This document shows, one piece after another, positions 1 through 16,136 of a stretch of 64,000 bases of DNA. The notes under the pieces are model-generated. The model made no database searches. It had not been told where the DNA came from and saw nothing but the letters and a program-made list of their open reading frames with translations. Position numbers and translations under genes: made by a program. Position 1 is the stretch's first letter. Each line of letters begins with the position of its first letter. The stretch is from Eledone cirrhosa. Its lineage: Eukaryota. Location: assembly GCA_964016885.1 (NCBI GenBank), contig OZ024741.1, positions 167,648,001 through 167,712,000 of the forward strand. Reading direction: 5' to 3'.

Positions 1-3000
1 AACCTTCTATAACACAGTATTCCACATTGCTATCACCTTCTATAACACAGTATTCCACATTGCTATAACCTTCTACAACACAGTATTCCACATTGCTATA
101 ACTTTCTATAACACAGTATTCCACATTGCTATAGTCTTCTACAACACAGTATTCCACATTGCTATAACCTTCTATAACACAGTATTCTACATTGCTATAA
201 CCTTCTATAACACAGTATTCCACATTGCTATACCCTTTTACAACACAGTATTCCACATTGCTATAGTCTTCTACAACACAGTATTCCACATTGCTATAGT
301 CTTCTACAACACAGTATTCCACATTGCTATAACCTTCTATAACACAGTATTCCACATTGCTATTACCTTCTATAACACAGTATTCCACATTATTATAACC
401 TTCTATAACACAGTATTCCACATTGCTATAACTTTCTATAACACAGTATTCCACATTGCTATAGTCTTCTACAACACAGTATTCCACATTGCTATAACCT
501 TCTATAACACAGTATGCTACATTGCTATAACCTTCTATAACACAGTATTCCACATTGCTATAGCCTTTTACAACACAGTATTCCACATTGCTATAGTCTT
601 CTACAACACAGTATTCCACATTGCTATAGTCTTCTACAACACAGTATTCCACATTGCTATAACCTTCTATAACACAGTATTCCACATTGCTATAACCTTC
701 TATAACACAGTATTCCACATTATTATAACCTTCTATAACACAGTATTCCACATTGCTATAGTCTTCTACAACACAGTATTCCACATTGCCATAGTCTTCT
801 ACAACACAGTATACCACATTGCTATAACCTTCTATAACACAGTATTCCACATTGCTATAGTCTTCTACAACACAGTATTCCACATTGCTATAGTCTTCTA
901 CAACACAGTATTCCACATTGCTATAGTCTTCTACAACACAGTATTCCACATTGCTATAGTCTTCTACAACACAGTATTCCACATTGCTATAACCTTCTAT
1001 AACACAGTATTCTACATTGCTATAACCTTCTATAACACAGTATTCCACATTGCTATAGCCTTTTACAACACAGTATTCCACATTGCTATAGTCTTCTACA
1101 ACACAGTATTCCACATTGCTATAACCTTCTATAACACAGTATTCCACATTGCTATAGTCTTCTACAACACAGTATTCCACATTGCTATAGTCTTCTACAA
1201 CACAGTATTCCACATTGCTATAACCTTCTATAACACAGTATTCCACATTGCTATAGTCTTCTACAACACAGTATTCCACATTGCTATAGTCTTCTACAAC
1301 ACAGTATTCCACATTGCTATAGTCTTCTATAACACAGTATTCCACATTGCTATAGTCTTCTACAACACAGTATTCCACATTGCTATAACCTTCTACAACA
1401 CAGTATTCCACATTGCTATAGTCTTCTACAACACAGTATTCCAGATTGCTATAACCTTCTATAACACAGTATTCCACATTGCTATCACCTTCTATAACAC
1501 AGTATTCCACATTGCTATAACCTTCTACAACACAGTATTCCACATTGCTATAACTTTCTATAACACAGTATTCCACATTGCTATAGTCTTCTACAACACA
1601 GTATTCCACATTGCTATAACCTTCTATAACACAGTATTCTACATTGCTATAACCTTCTATAACACAGTATTCCACATTGCTATAGCCTTTTACAACACAG
1701 TATTCCACATTGCTATAGTCTTCTACAACACAGTATTCCACATTGCTATAGTCTTCTACAACACAGTATTCCACATTGCTATAACCTTCTATAACACAGT
1801 ATTCCACATTGCTATAACCTTCTATAACACAGTATTCCACATTATTATAACCTTCTATAACACAGTATTCCACATTGCTATAGTCTTCTACAACACAGTA
1901 TTCCACATTGCTATAGTCTTCTACAACACAGTATTCCACATTGCTATAGTCTTCTACAACACAGTATTCCACATTGCTATAACCTTCTATAACACAGTAT
2001 TCCACATTGCTATAGTCTTCTACAACACAGTATTCCACATCGCTATAGTCTTCTACAACACAGTATTCCACATTGCTATAGTCTTCTATAACACAGTATT
2101 CCACATTGCTATAGCCTTTTACAACACAGTATTCCACATTGCTATAGTCTTCTACAACACAGTATTCCACATTGCTATAGTCTTCTATAACACAGTATTC
2201 CACATTGCTATAGTCTTCTACAACACAGTATTCCACATTGCTATAACCTTCTACAACACAGTATTCCACATTGCTATAGTCTTCTACAACACAGTATTCC
2301 AGATTGCTATAACCTTCTATAACACAGTATTCCACATTGCTATCACCTTCTATAACACAGTATTCCACATTGCTATAACCTTCTACAACACAGTATTCCA
2401 CATTGCTATAACCTTCTATAACACAGTATTCCACATTGCTATAGTCTTCTACAACACAGTATTCCACATTGCTATAACCTTCTATAACACAGTATTCCAC
2501 ATTGCTATAGTCTTCTACAACACAGTATTCCACATTGCTATAGTCTTCTACAACACAGTATTCCACATTGCTATAACCTTCTATAACACAGTATTCCACA
2601 TTGCTATAGTCTTCTACAACACAGTATTCCACATTGCTATAGTCTTCTACAACACAGTATTCCACATTGCTATAGTCTTTTATAACACAGTATTCCACAT
2701 TGCTATAGTCTTCTACAACACAGTATTCCACATTGCTATAGTCTTCTACAACACAGTATTCCACATTGCTATAACCTTCTACAACACAGTATTCCACATT
2801 GCTATAGTCTTCTACAACACAGTATTCCAGATTGCTATAACCTTCTATAACACAGTATTCCACATTGCTATCACCTTCTATAACACAGTATTCCACATTG
2901 CTATAACCTTCTACAACACAGTATTCCACATTGCTATAACTTTCTATAACACAGTATTCCACATTGCTATAGTCTTCTACAACACAGTATTCCACATTGC

Positions 3001-6000
3001 TATAACCTTCTATAACACAGTATGCTACATTGCTGTAACCTTCTATAACACAGTATTCCACATTGCTATAGCCTTTTACAACACAGTATTCCACATTGCT
3101 ATAGTCTTCTACAACACAGTATTCCACATTGCTATAGTCTTCTACAACACAGTATTCCACATTGCTATAACCTTCTATAACACAGTATTCCACATTGCTA
3201 TAACCTTCTATAACACAGTATTCCACATTATTATAACCTTCTATAACACAGTATTCCACATTGCTATAGTCTTCTACAACACAGTATTCCACATTGCTAT
3301 AGTCTTCTACAACACAGTATTCCACATTGCTATAACCTTCTATAACACAGTATTCCACATTGCTATAGTCTTCTACAACACAGTATTCCACATTGCTATA
3401 GTCTTCTACAACACAGTATTCCACATTGCTATAACCTTCTATAACACAGTATTCCACATTGCTATAGTCTTCTACAACACAGTATTCCACATTGCTATAG
3501 TCTTCTACAACACAGTATTCCACATTGCTATAGTCTTCTATAACACAGTATTCCACATTGCTATAGTCTTCTACAACACAGTATTCCACATTGCTATGAC
3601 CTTCTACAACACAGTATTCCACATTGCTATAGTCTTCTACAACACAGTATTCCAGATTGCTATAACCTTCTATAACACAGTATTCCACATTGCTATCACC
3701 TTCTATAACACAGTATTCCACATTGCTATAACCTTCTACAACACAGTATTCCACATTGCTATAACTTTCTATAACACAGTATTCCACATTGCTATAGTCT
3801 TCTACAACACAGTATTCCACATTGCTATAACCTTCTATAACACAGTATTCTACATTGCTATAACCTTCTATAACACAGTATTCCACATTGCTATACCCTT
3901 TTACAACACAGTATTCCACATTGCTATAGTCTTCTACAACACAGTATTCCACATTGCTATAGTCTTCTACAACACAGTATTCCACATTGCTATAACCTTC
4001 TATAACACAGTATTCCACATTGCTATTACCTTCTATAACACAGTATTCCACATTATTATAACCTTCTATAACACAGTATTCCACATTGCTATAACTTTCT
4101 ATAACACAGTATTCCACATTGCTATAGTCTTCTACAACACAGTATTCCACATTGCTATAACCTTCTATAACACAGTATGCTACATTGCTATAACCTTCTA
4201 TAACACAGTATTCCACATTGCTATAGCCTTTTACAACACAGTATTCCACATTGCTATAGTCTTCTACAACACAGTATTCCACATTGCTATAGTCTTCTAC
4301 AACACAGTATTCCACATTGCTATAACCTTCTATAACACAGTATTCCACATTGCTATAACCTTCTATAACACAGTATTCCACATTATTATAACCTTCTATA
4401 ACACAGTATTCCACATTGCTATAGTCTTCTACAACACAGTATTCCACATTGCCATAGTCTTCTACAACACAGTATACCACATTGCTATAACCTTCTATAA
4501 CACAGTATTCCACATTGCTATAGTCTTCTACAACACAGTATTCCACATTGCTATAGTCTTCTACAACACAGTATTCCACATTGCTATAGTCTTCTACAAC
4601 ACAGTATTCCACATTGCTATAGTCTTCTACAACACAGTATTCCACATTGCTATAACCTTCTATAACACAGTATTCTACATTGCTATAACCTTCTATAACA
4701 CAGTATTCCACATTGCTATAGCCTTTTACAACACAGTATTCCACATTGCTATAGTCTTCTACAACACAGTATTCCACATTGCTATAGTCTTCTACAACAC
4801 AGTATTCCACATTGCTATAACCTTCTATAACACAGTATTCCACATTGCTATAACCTTCTATAACACAGTATTCCACATTATTATAACCTTCTATAACACA
4901 GTATTCCACATTGCTATAGTCTTCTACAACACAGTATTCCACATTGCTATAGTCTTCTACAACACAGTATTCCACATTGCTATAGTCTTCTACAACACAG
5001 TATTCCACATTGCTATAACCTTCTATAACACAGTATTCCACATTGCTATAGTCTTCTACAACACAGTATTCCACATTGCTATAGTCTTCTACAACACAGT
5101 ATTCCACATTGCTATAGTCTTCTATAACACAGTATTCCACATTGCTATAGCCTTTTACAACACAGTATTCCACATTGCTATAGTCTTCTACAACACAGTA
5201 TTCCACATTGCTATAGTCTTCTATAACACAGTATTCCACATTGCTATAGTCTTCTACAACACAGTATTCCACATTGCTATAACCTTCTACAACACAGTAT
5301 TCCACATTGCTATAGTCTTCTACAACACAGTATTCCAGATTGCTATAACCTTCTATAACACAGTATTCCACATTGCTATCACCTTCTATAACACAGTATT
5401 CCACATTGCTATAACCTTCTACAACACAGTATTCCACATTGCTATAACCTTCTATAACACAGTATTCCACATTGCTATAGTCTTCTACAACACAGTATTC
5501 CACATTGCTATAACCTTCTATAACACAGTATTCCACATTGCTATAGTCTTCTACAACACAGTATTCCACATTGCTATAGTCTTCTACAACACAGTATTCC
5601 ACATTGCTATAACCTTCTATAACACAGTATTCCACATTGCTATAGTCTTCTACAACACAGTATTCCACATTGCTATAGTCTTCTACAACACAGTATTCCA
5701 CATTGCTATAGTCTTTTATAACACAGTATTCCACATTGCTATAGTCTTCTACAACACAGTATTCCACATTGCTATAGTCTTCTACAACACAGTATTCCAC
5801 ATTGCTATAACCTTCTACAACACAGTATTCCACATTGCTATAGTCTTCTACAACACAGTATTCCAGATTGCTATAACCTTCTATAACACAGTATTCCACA
5901 TTGCTATCACCTTCTATAACACAGTATTCCACATTGCTATAACCTTCTACAACACAGTATTCCACATTGCTATAACTTTCTATAACACAGTATTCCACAT

Positions 6001-9000
6001 TGCTATAGTCTTCTACAACACAGTATTCCACATTGCTATAACCTTCTATAACACAGTATGCTACATTGCTATAACCTTCTATAACACAGTATTCCACATT
6101 GCTATAGCCTTTTACAACACAGTATTCCACATTGCTATAGTCTTCTACAACACAGTATTCCACATTGCTATAGTCTTCTACAACACAGTATTCCACATTG
6201 CTATAACCTTCTATAACACAGTATTCCACATTGCTATACCCTTTTACAACACAGTATTCCACATTGCTATAGTCTTCTACAACACAGTATTCCACATTGC
6301 TATAACCTTCTATAACACAGTATTCCACATTGCTATAGTCTTCTACAACACAGTATTCCACATTGCTATAGTCTTCTACAACACAGTATTCCACATTGCT
6401 ATAACCTTCTATAACACAGTATTCCACATTGCTATAGTCTTCTACAACACAGTATTCCACATTGCTATAGTCTTCTACAACACAGTATTCCACATTGCTA
6501 TAGTCTTCTATAACACAGTATTCCACATTGCTATAGTCTTCTACAACACAGTATTCCACATTGCTATGACCTTCTACAACACAGTATTCCACATTGCTAT
6601 AGTCTTCTACAACACAGTATTCCAGATTGCTATAACCTTCTATAACACAGTATTCCACATTGCTATCACCTTCTATAACACAGTATTCCACATTGCTATA
6701 ACCTTCTACAACACAGTATTCCACATTGCTATAACTTTCTATAACACAGTATTCCACATTGCTATAGTCTTCTACAACACAGTATTCCACATTGCTATAA
6801 CCTTCTATAACACAGTATTCTACATTGCTATAACCTTCTATAACACAGTATTCCACATTGCTATACCCTTTTACAACACAGTATTCCACATTGCTATAGT
6901 CTTCTACAACACAGTATTCCACATTGCTATAGTCTTCTACAACACAGTATTCCACATTGCTATAACCTTCTATAACACAGTATTCCACATTGCTATTACC
7001 TTCTATAACACAGTATTCCACATTATTATAACCTTCTATAACACAGTATTCCACATTGCTATAACTTTCTATAACACAGTATTCCACATTGCTATAGTCT
7101 TCTACAACACAGTATTCCACATTGCTATAACCTTCTATAACACAGTATGCTACATTGCTATAACCTTCTATAACACAGTATTCCACATTGCTATAGCCTT
7201 TTACAACACAGTATTCCACATTGCTATAGTCTTCTACAACACAGTATTCCACATTGCTATAGTCTTCTACAACACAGTATTCCACATTGCTATAACCTTC
7301 TATAACACAGTATTCCACATTGCTATAACCTTCTATAACACAGTATTCCACATTATTATAACCTTCTATAACACAGTATTCCACATTGCTATAGTCTTCT
7401 ACAACACAGTATTCCACATTGCTATATTCTTCTATAACACAGTATTCCACATTGCTATATTCTTCTATAACACAGTATTCCACATTGCTATAACCTTCTA
7501 TAACACAGTATTCCACATTGCTATAGTCTTCTACAACACAGTATACCACATTGCTATAACCTTCTATAACACAGTATTCCACATTGCTATAGTCTTCTAC
7601 AACACAGTATTCCACATTGCTATAGTCTTCTACAACACAGTATTCCACATTGCTATAGTCTTCTACAACACAGTATTCCACATTGCTATAGTCTTCTACA
7701 ACACAGTATTCCAGATTGCTATAACCTTCTATAACACAGTATTCCACATTGCTATCACCTTCTATAACACAGTATTCCACATTGCTATAACCTTCTACAA
7801 CACAGTATTCCACATTGCTATAACTTTCTATAACACAGTATTCCACATTGCTATAGTCTTCTACAACACAGTATTCCACATTGCTATAACCTTCTATAAC
7901 ACAGTATTCTACATTGCTATAACCTTCTATAACACAGTATTCCACATTGCTATAGCCTTTTACAACACAGTATTCCACATTGCTATAGTCTTCTACAACA
8001 CAGTATTCCACATTGCTATAGTCTTCTACAACACAGTATTCCACATTGCTATAACCTTCTATAACACAGTATTCCACATTGCTATAACCTTCTATAACAC
8101 AGTATTCCACATTATTATAACCTTCTATAACACAGTATTCCACATTGCTATAGTCTTCTACAACACAGTATTCCACATTGCTATAGTCTTCTACAACACA
8201 GTATTCCACATTGCTATAACCTTCTACAACACAGTATTCCACATTGCTATAGTCTTCTACAACACAGTATTCCACATTGATATAGTCTTCTACAACACAG
8301 TATTCCACATTGCTATAGTCTTCTATAACACAGTATTCCACGTTGCTATAGTCTTCTACAACACAGTATTCCACATTGCTATAGTCTTCTACAACACAGT
8401 ATTCCACATTGCTATAACTTTCTATAACACAGTATTCCACATTGCTATAACCTTCTACAACACAGTATTCCACATTGCTATAACCTTCTATACCACAGTA
8501 GTCCACATTGCTATAGTCTTCTACAACACAGTATTCCACATTGCTATAACCTTCTATAACACAGTATTCCACATTGCTATAGTCTTCTACAACACAGTAT
8601 TCCACGTTGCTATAACCTTCTATAACACAGTATTCCACATTGCTATAACCTTCTACAACACAGTATTCCACATTGCTATAACCTTCTACAACACAGTATT
8701 CCACATTGCTATAATCTTCTACAACACAGTATTCCACATTGCTATAACCTTCTATAACACAGTATTCCACATTGCTATAGCCTTCTATAACACAGTATTC
8801 CACATTGCTATAACCTTCTATAACACAGTATTCCACATTGCTATAACCTTCTATAACACAGTATTCCACATTGCTATAGTCTTCTACAACACAGTATTCC
8901 ACATTGCTATAGTCTTCTACAACACAGTATTCCACATTGCTATAGCCTTCTACAACACAGTATTCCACGTTGCTATAGTCTTCTACAACACAGTATTCCA

Positions 9001-12000
9001 CATTGCTATAGTCTTCTACAACACAGTATTCCACATTGCTATAGTCTTCTACAACACAGTATCCCACATCGCTATAGTCTTCTATAACACAGTATTCCAC
9101 ATTGCTATAGTCTTCTATAACACAGTATTCCACATTGCTATAGTCTTCTATAACACAGTATTCCACATTGCTATAGTCTTCTATAACACAGTATTCCACA
9201 TTGCTATAGTCTTCTATAACACAGTATTCCACATTGCTATAGTCTTCTACAACACAGTATTCCACATTGCTATAACCTTCTATAACACAGTATTCCACAT
9301 TGCTATAGTCTTCTACAACACAGTATTCCACGTTGCTATAACCTTCTATAACACAGTATTCCACATTGCTATAACCTTCTACAACACAGTATTCCACATT
9401 GCTATAACCTTCTACAACACAGTATTCCACATTGCTATAACCTTCTATAACACAGTATTCCACATTGCTATAGCCTTTTACAACACAGTATTCCACATTG
9501 CTATAGTCTTCTATAACACAGTATTCCACATTGCTATAGTCTTCTACAACACAGTATTCCACATTGCTATAGTCTTCTATAACACAGTATTCCACATTAC
9601 TATAACCTTCTACAACACAGTATTCCACATTGCTATAACCTTCTATAACACAGTATTCCACATTGCTATAGTCTTCTACAACACAGTATCCCACATTGCT
9701 ATAGTCTTCTATAACACAGTATTCCACATTGCTATAACCTTCTATAACACAGTATTCCACATTGCTATAGTCTTATATAACACAGTATTCCACATTGCTA
9801 TAGTCTTATATAACACAGTATTCCACATTGCTATAGTCTTCTACAACACAGTATTCCACATTGCTATAGCCTTTTACAACACAGTATTCCACATTGCTAT
9901 AGTCTTCTACAACACAGTATTCCACATTGCTAAAACCTTCTACAACACAGTATTCCACATTGCTATAACCTTCTATAACTCAGTATCCCACATTGCTATA
10001 GCCTTCTATAGCACAGTATTCCACATTGCTATAACCTTCTACAACACAGTATTCTACATTGCTATAGTCTTCTATAACACAGTATTCTACATTGCTATAG
10101 TCTTCTACAACACAGTATTCCACATTGCTATAGTCTTCTATAACACAGTATTCCACATTGCTATAGTCTTCTACAACACAGTATTCCACATTGCTATAAC
10201 CTTCTACAACACAGTATTCCACATTGCTATAACCTTCTATAAGACAGTATTCCACATTGCTATAACCTTCTATAACACAGTATTCCACATTGCTATAGCC
10301 TTTTACAACACATTATTCTACATTGCTATAACTTCTACAACACAGTATTCCACATTGCTATAACCTTCTATAACACAGTATTCCACATTGCTATATTCTT
10401 CTATAACACAGTATTCCACATTGCTATATTCTTCTACAACACAGTATTCCACATTGCTATATTCTTCTATAACACAGTATTCCACATTGCTATATTCTTC
10501 TATAACACAGTATTCCACATTGCTATAACCTTCTATAACACAGTATTCCACATTGCTATAACTTTCTATAACACAGTATTCCACATTGCTATAGTCTTCT
10601 ATAACACAGTATTCTACATTGCTATAACCTTCTATAACACAGTATTCTACATTGCTATAACCTTCTATAACACCGTATTCTACATTGCTATAACCTTCTA
10701 TAACACATTATTCCACATTGCTATAGTCTTCTATAACACAGTATTCCACATTGCTATAGTCTTCTATAACACAGTATTCCACATTGCTATAACCTTCTAT
10801 AACACAGTATTCTACATTGCTATAGCCTTCTATAACACAGTATTCCACATTGCTATAACCTTCTATAACACAGTATTCCACATTGCTATAACCTTCTATA
10901 ACACAGTTTTCTACATTGCTATCTCCTCCTATAACACAGTATTCCACATTGCTATAGCCTTCTATAACACAGTATTCCACATTGCTATAGTCTTCTATAA
11001 CACAGTATTCTACATTGCTATAACCTTCTATAACACAGTATTCCACATTGCTATAACATTCTATAACACAGTATTCCACATTGCTATAACATTCTATAAC
11101 ACAGTATTCCACATTGCTATAACCTTCTATAATACAGTATTCCACATTGCTATAGCCTTCTATAACACAGTATTCCACATTGCTATAACCTTCTATAACA
11201 CAGTATTCCACATTGCTATAACTTTCTATAACACAGTATTCCACATTGCTATAACCTTCTACAACACAGTATTCCACATTGCTATAACCTTCTATAACAC
11301 AGTAGTCCACATTGCTATAGTCTTCTACAACACAGTATTCCACATTGCTATAACCTTCTATAACACAGTATTCCACATTGCTATAGTCTTCTACAACACA
11401 GTATTCCACGTTGCTATAACCTTCTATAACACAGTATTCCACATTGCTATAACCTTCTACAACACAGTATTCCACATTGCTATAACCTTCTATAACACAG
11501 TATTCCACATTGCTATAGTCTTCTACAACACAGTATTCCACATTGCTATAATCTTCTACAACACAGTATTCCACGTTGCTATAGTCTTCTACAACACAGT
11601 ATTCCACATTGCTATAACCTTCTATAACACAGTATTCCACATTGCTATAGCCTTCTATAACACAGTATTCCACATTGCTATAACCTTCTATAACACAGTA
11701 TTCCACATTGCTATAACCTTCTATAACACAGTATTCCACATTGCTATAGTCTTCTACAACACAGTATTCCACATTGCTATAGTCTTCTACAACACAGTAT
11801 TCCACATTGCTATAGCCTTCTACAACACAGTATTCCACGTTGCTATAGTCTTCTACAACACAGTATTCCACATTGCTATAGTCTTCTACAACACAGTATT
11901 CCACATTGCTATAGTCTTCTACAACACAGTATCCCACATTGCTATAGTCTTCTATAACACAGTATTCCACATTGCTATAGTCTTCTATAACACAGTATTC

Positions 12001-15000
12001 CACATTGCTATAGTCTTCTATAACACAGTATTCCACATTGCTATAGTCTTCTATAACACAGTATTCCACATTGCTATAGTCTTCTATAACACAGTATTCC
12101 ACATTGCTATAGTCTTCTACAACACAGTATTCCACATTGCTATAACCTTCTATAACACAGTATTCCACATTGCTATAGTCTTCTACAACACAGTATTCCA
12201 CGTTGCTATAACCTTCTATAACACAGTATTCCACATTGCTATAACCTTCTACAACACAGTATTCCACATTGCTATAACCTTCTACAACACAGTATTCCAC
12301 ATTGCTATAACCTTCTATAACACAGTATTCCACATTGCTATAGCCTTTTACAACACAGTATTCCACATTGCTATAGTCTTCTATAACACAGTATTCCACA
12401 TTGCTATAGTCTTCTACAACACAGTATTCCACATTGCTATAGTCTTCTATAACACAGTATTCCACATTACTATAACCTTCTACAACACAGTATTCCACAT
12501 TGCTATAACCTTCTATAACACAGTATTCCACATTGCTATAGTCTTCTACAACACAGTATCCCACATTGCTATAGTCTTCTATAACACAGTATTCCACATT
12601 GCTATAACCTTCTATAACACAGTATTCCACATTGCTATAGTCTTCTATAACACAGTATTCCACATTGCTATAGTCTTATATAACACAGTATTCCACATTG
12701 CTATAGTCTTCTACAACACAGTATTCCACATTGCTATAGCCTTTTACAACACAGTATTCCACATTGCTATAGTCTTCTACAACACAGTATTCCACATTGC
12801 TAAAACCTTCTACAACACAGTATTCCACATTGCTATAACCTTCTATAACTCAGTATCCCACATTGCTATAGCCTTCTATAGCACAGTATTCCACATTGCT
12901 ATAACCTTCTACAACACAGTATTCTACATTGCTATAGTCTTCTATAACACAGTATTCTACATTGCTATAGTCTTCTACAACACAGTATTCCACATTGCTA
13001 TAGTCTTCTATAACACAGTATTCCACATTGCTATAGTCTTCTACAACACAGTATTCCACATTGCTATAGTCTTCTACAACACAGTATTCCACATTGCTAT
13101 AACCTTCTACAACACAGTATTCCACATTGCTATAACCTTCTATAAGACAGTATTCCACATTGCTATAACCTTCTATAACACAGTATTCCACATTGCTATA
13201 GCCTTTTACAACACATTATTCTACATTGCTATAACTTCTACAACACAGTATTCCACATTGCTATAACCTTCTATAACACAGTATTCCACATTGCTATATT
13301 CTTCTATAACACAGTATTCCACATTGCTATATTCTTCTACAACACAGTATTCCACATTGCTATATTCTTCTATAACACAGTATTCCACATTGCTATATTC
13401 TTCTATAACACAGTATTCCACATTGCTATAACCTTCTATAACACAGTATTCCACATTGCTATAACTTTCTATAACACAGTATTCCACATTGCTATAGTCT
13501 TCTATAACACAGTATTCTACATTGCTATAACCTTCTATAACACAGTATTCTACATTGCTATAACCTTCTATAACACCGTATTCTACATTGCTATAACATT
13601 CTATAACACAGTATTCCACATTATTATAACCTTCTATAACACAGTATTCCACATTGCTATAGTCTTCTATAACACAGTATTCCACATTGCTATAACCTTC
13701 TATAACACCGTATTCTACATTGCTATAACATTCTATAACACAGTATTCCACATTACTATAACCTTCTACAACACAGTATTCCACATTGCTATAACCTTCT
13801 ATAACACAGTATTCCACATTGCTATAGTCTTCTACAACACAGTATCCCACATTGCTATAGTCTTCTATAACACAGTATTCCACATTGCTATAACCTTCTA
13901 TAACACAGTATTCCACATTGCTATAGTCTTCTATAACACAGTATTCCACATTGCTATAGTCTTATATAACACAGTATTCCACATTGCTATAGTCTTCTAC
14001 AACACAGTATTCCACATTGCTATAGCCTTTTACAACACAGTATTCCACATTGCTATAGTCTTCTACAACACAGTATTCCACATTGCTAAAACCTTCTACA
14101 ACACAGTATTCCACATTGCTATAACCTTCTATAACTCAGTATCCCACATTGCTATAGCCTTCTATAGCACAGTATTCCACATTGCTATAACCTTCTACAA
14201 CACAGTATTCTACATTGCTATAGTCTTCTATAACACAGTATTCTACATTGCTATAGTCTTCTACAACACAGTATTCCACATTGCTATAGTCTTCTATAAC
14301 ACAGTATTCCACATTGCTATAGTCTTCTACAACACAGTATTCCACATTGCTATAGTCTTCTACAACACAGTATTCCACATTGCTATAACCTTCTACAACA
14401 CAGTATTCCACATTGCTATAACCTTCTATAAGACAGTATTCCACATTGCTATAACCTTCTATAACACAGTATTCCACATTGCTATAGCCTTTTACAACAC
14501 ATTATTCTACATTGCTATAACTTCTACAACACAGTATTCCACATTGCTATAACCTTCTATAACACAGTATTCCACATTGCTATATTCTTCTATAACACAG
14601 TATTCCACATTGCTATATTCTTCTACAACACAGTATTCCACATTGCTATATTCTTCTATAACACAGTATTCCACATTGCTATATTCTTCTATAACACAGT
14701 ATTCCACATTGCTATAACCTTCTATAACACAGTATTCCACATTGCTATAACTTTCTATAACACAGTATTCCACATTGCTATAGTCTTCTATAACACAGTA
14801 TTCTACATTGCTATAACCTTCTATAACACAGTATTCTACATTGCTATAACCTTCTATAACACCGTATTCTACATTGCTATAACATTCTATAACACAGTAT
14901 TCCACATTATTATAACCTTCTATAACACAGTATTCCACATTGCTATAGTCTTCTATAACACAGTATTCCACATTGCTATAACCTTCTATAACACCGTATT

Positions 15001-15895
15001 CTACATTGCTATAACATTCTATAACACAGTATTCCACATTATTATAACCTTCTATAACACAGTATTCCACATTGCTATAGTCTTCTATAACACAGTATTC
15101 TACATTGCTATAACCTTCTATAACACCGTATTCTACATTGCTATAACATTCTATAACACAGTATTCCACATTATTATAACCTTCTATAACACAGTATTCC
15201 ACATTGCTATAGTCTTCTATAACACAGTATTCCACATTGCTATAACCTTCTATAACACAGTATTCCACATTGCTATAGTCTTCTATAACACAGTATTCCA
15301 CATTGCTATAACCTTCTATAACACAGTATTCTACATTGCTATAGCCTTCTATAACACAGTATTCCACATTGCTATAACCTTCTATAACACAGTATTCCAC
15401 ATTGCTATAACCTTCTATAACACAGTATTCTACATTGCTATATCCTCCTATAACACTATTCCACATTGCTATAGCCTTCTATAACACAGTATTCCACATT
15501 GCTATAGTCTTCTATAACACAGTATTCTACATTGCTATAACCTTCTATAACACAGTATTCCACATTGCTATAACATTCTATAACACAGTATTCCACATTG
15601 CTATAACATTCTATAACACAGTATTCCACATTGCTATAACCTTCTATAACACAGTATTCCACATTGCTATAACATTCTATAACACAGTATTCCACATTGC
15701 TATAACCTTCTATAACACAGTATTCCACATTGCTATAACATTCTATAACACAGTATTCCACATTGCTATAACATTCTATAACACAGTATTCCACATTGCT
15801 ATAACCTTCTATAACCCACAGTATTCTCCATACTCTCCTACACTGTAATCTTTTATCTATATTGCTATAGCATTCCGTAACTTTGTATTCTACAT
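1..15895. repeat. 33-bp tandem satellite, consensus TTCTA(T/C)AACACAGTATTCCACATTGCTATA(ACC/GTC), ~480 units, runs off the left edge
   Basis: Unit read directly throughout; very homogeneous to ~15815, with a last diverged unit at 15861-15895 (attgctatagcattccgtaactttgtattctacat). Explains all ORF-track calls from 3596 to 15926. Confidence 0.99.
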
Positions 15896-16136
15896 ATTCT
15901 GCAATGATTTGAGCAAACAACAACACTTACTTTATTAAGATTTAGAAAAACAATTTTAGAAATAAAGTTTGTTGTGAGCAACATGGAGGAGACGCACAGC
16001 ATGCAAAGTGTCAACAACAACTAATAGCCTACAGATGCCATTCTGATATTTTTCTTGAAGCTGTTCTGTCTATAATTTTGATTAAACAGAGAGCTCATAT
16101 ACTCCATAGATGGTGACTAGATTAAATGATATCTAT

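Noticed and set aside
3596-10363. 2255-aa ORF as a real protein-coding gene
   Set aside because: It is the translation of a stop-free 33-bp satellite; the ATG is a sporadic unit variant, the frame is open upstream, and frameshifted units are duplicated downstream.
1-15830. CRISPR array
   Set aside because: Units are directly adjacent with no unique spacers; eukaryotic context; no cas genes.
9773-15830. Stops appear only in the - frame, suggesting selection on the + frame
   Set aside because: The + unit has a single stop-adjacent codon while the - unit has several, and only about three independent variants are involved, so the asymmetry is expected neutrally.
15959-16024. Possible terminal exon IKFVVSNMEETHSMQSVNNN*
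   Set aside because: Weak acceptor, no recognisable homology and no partner exon.
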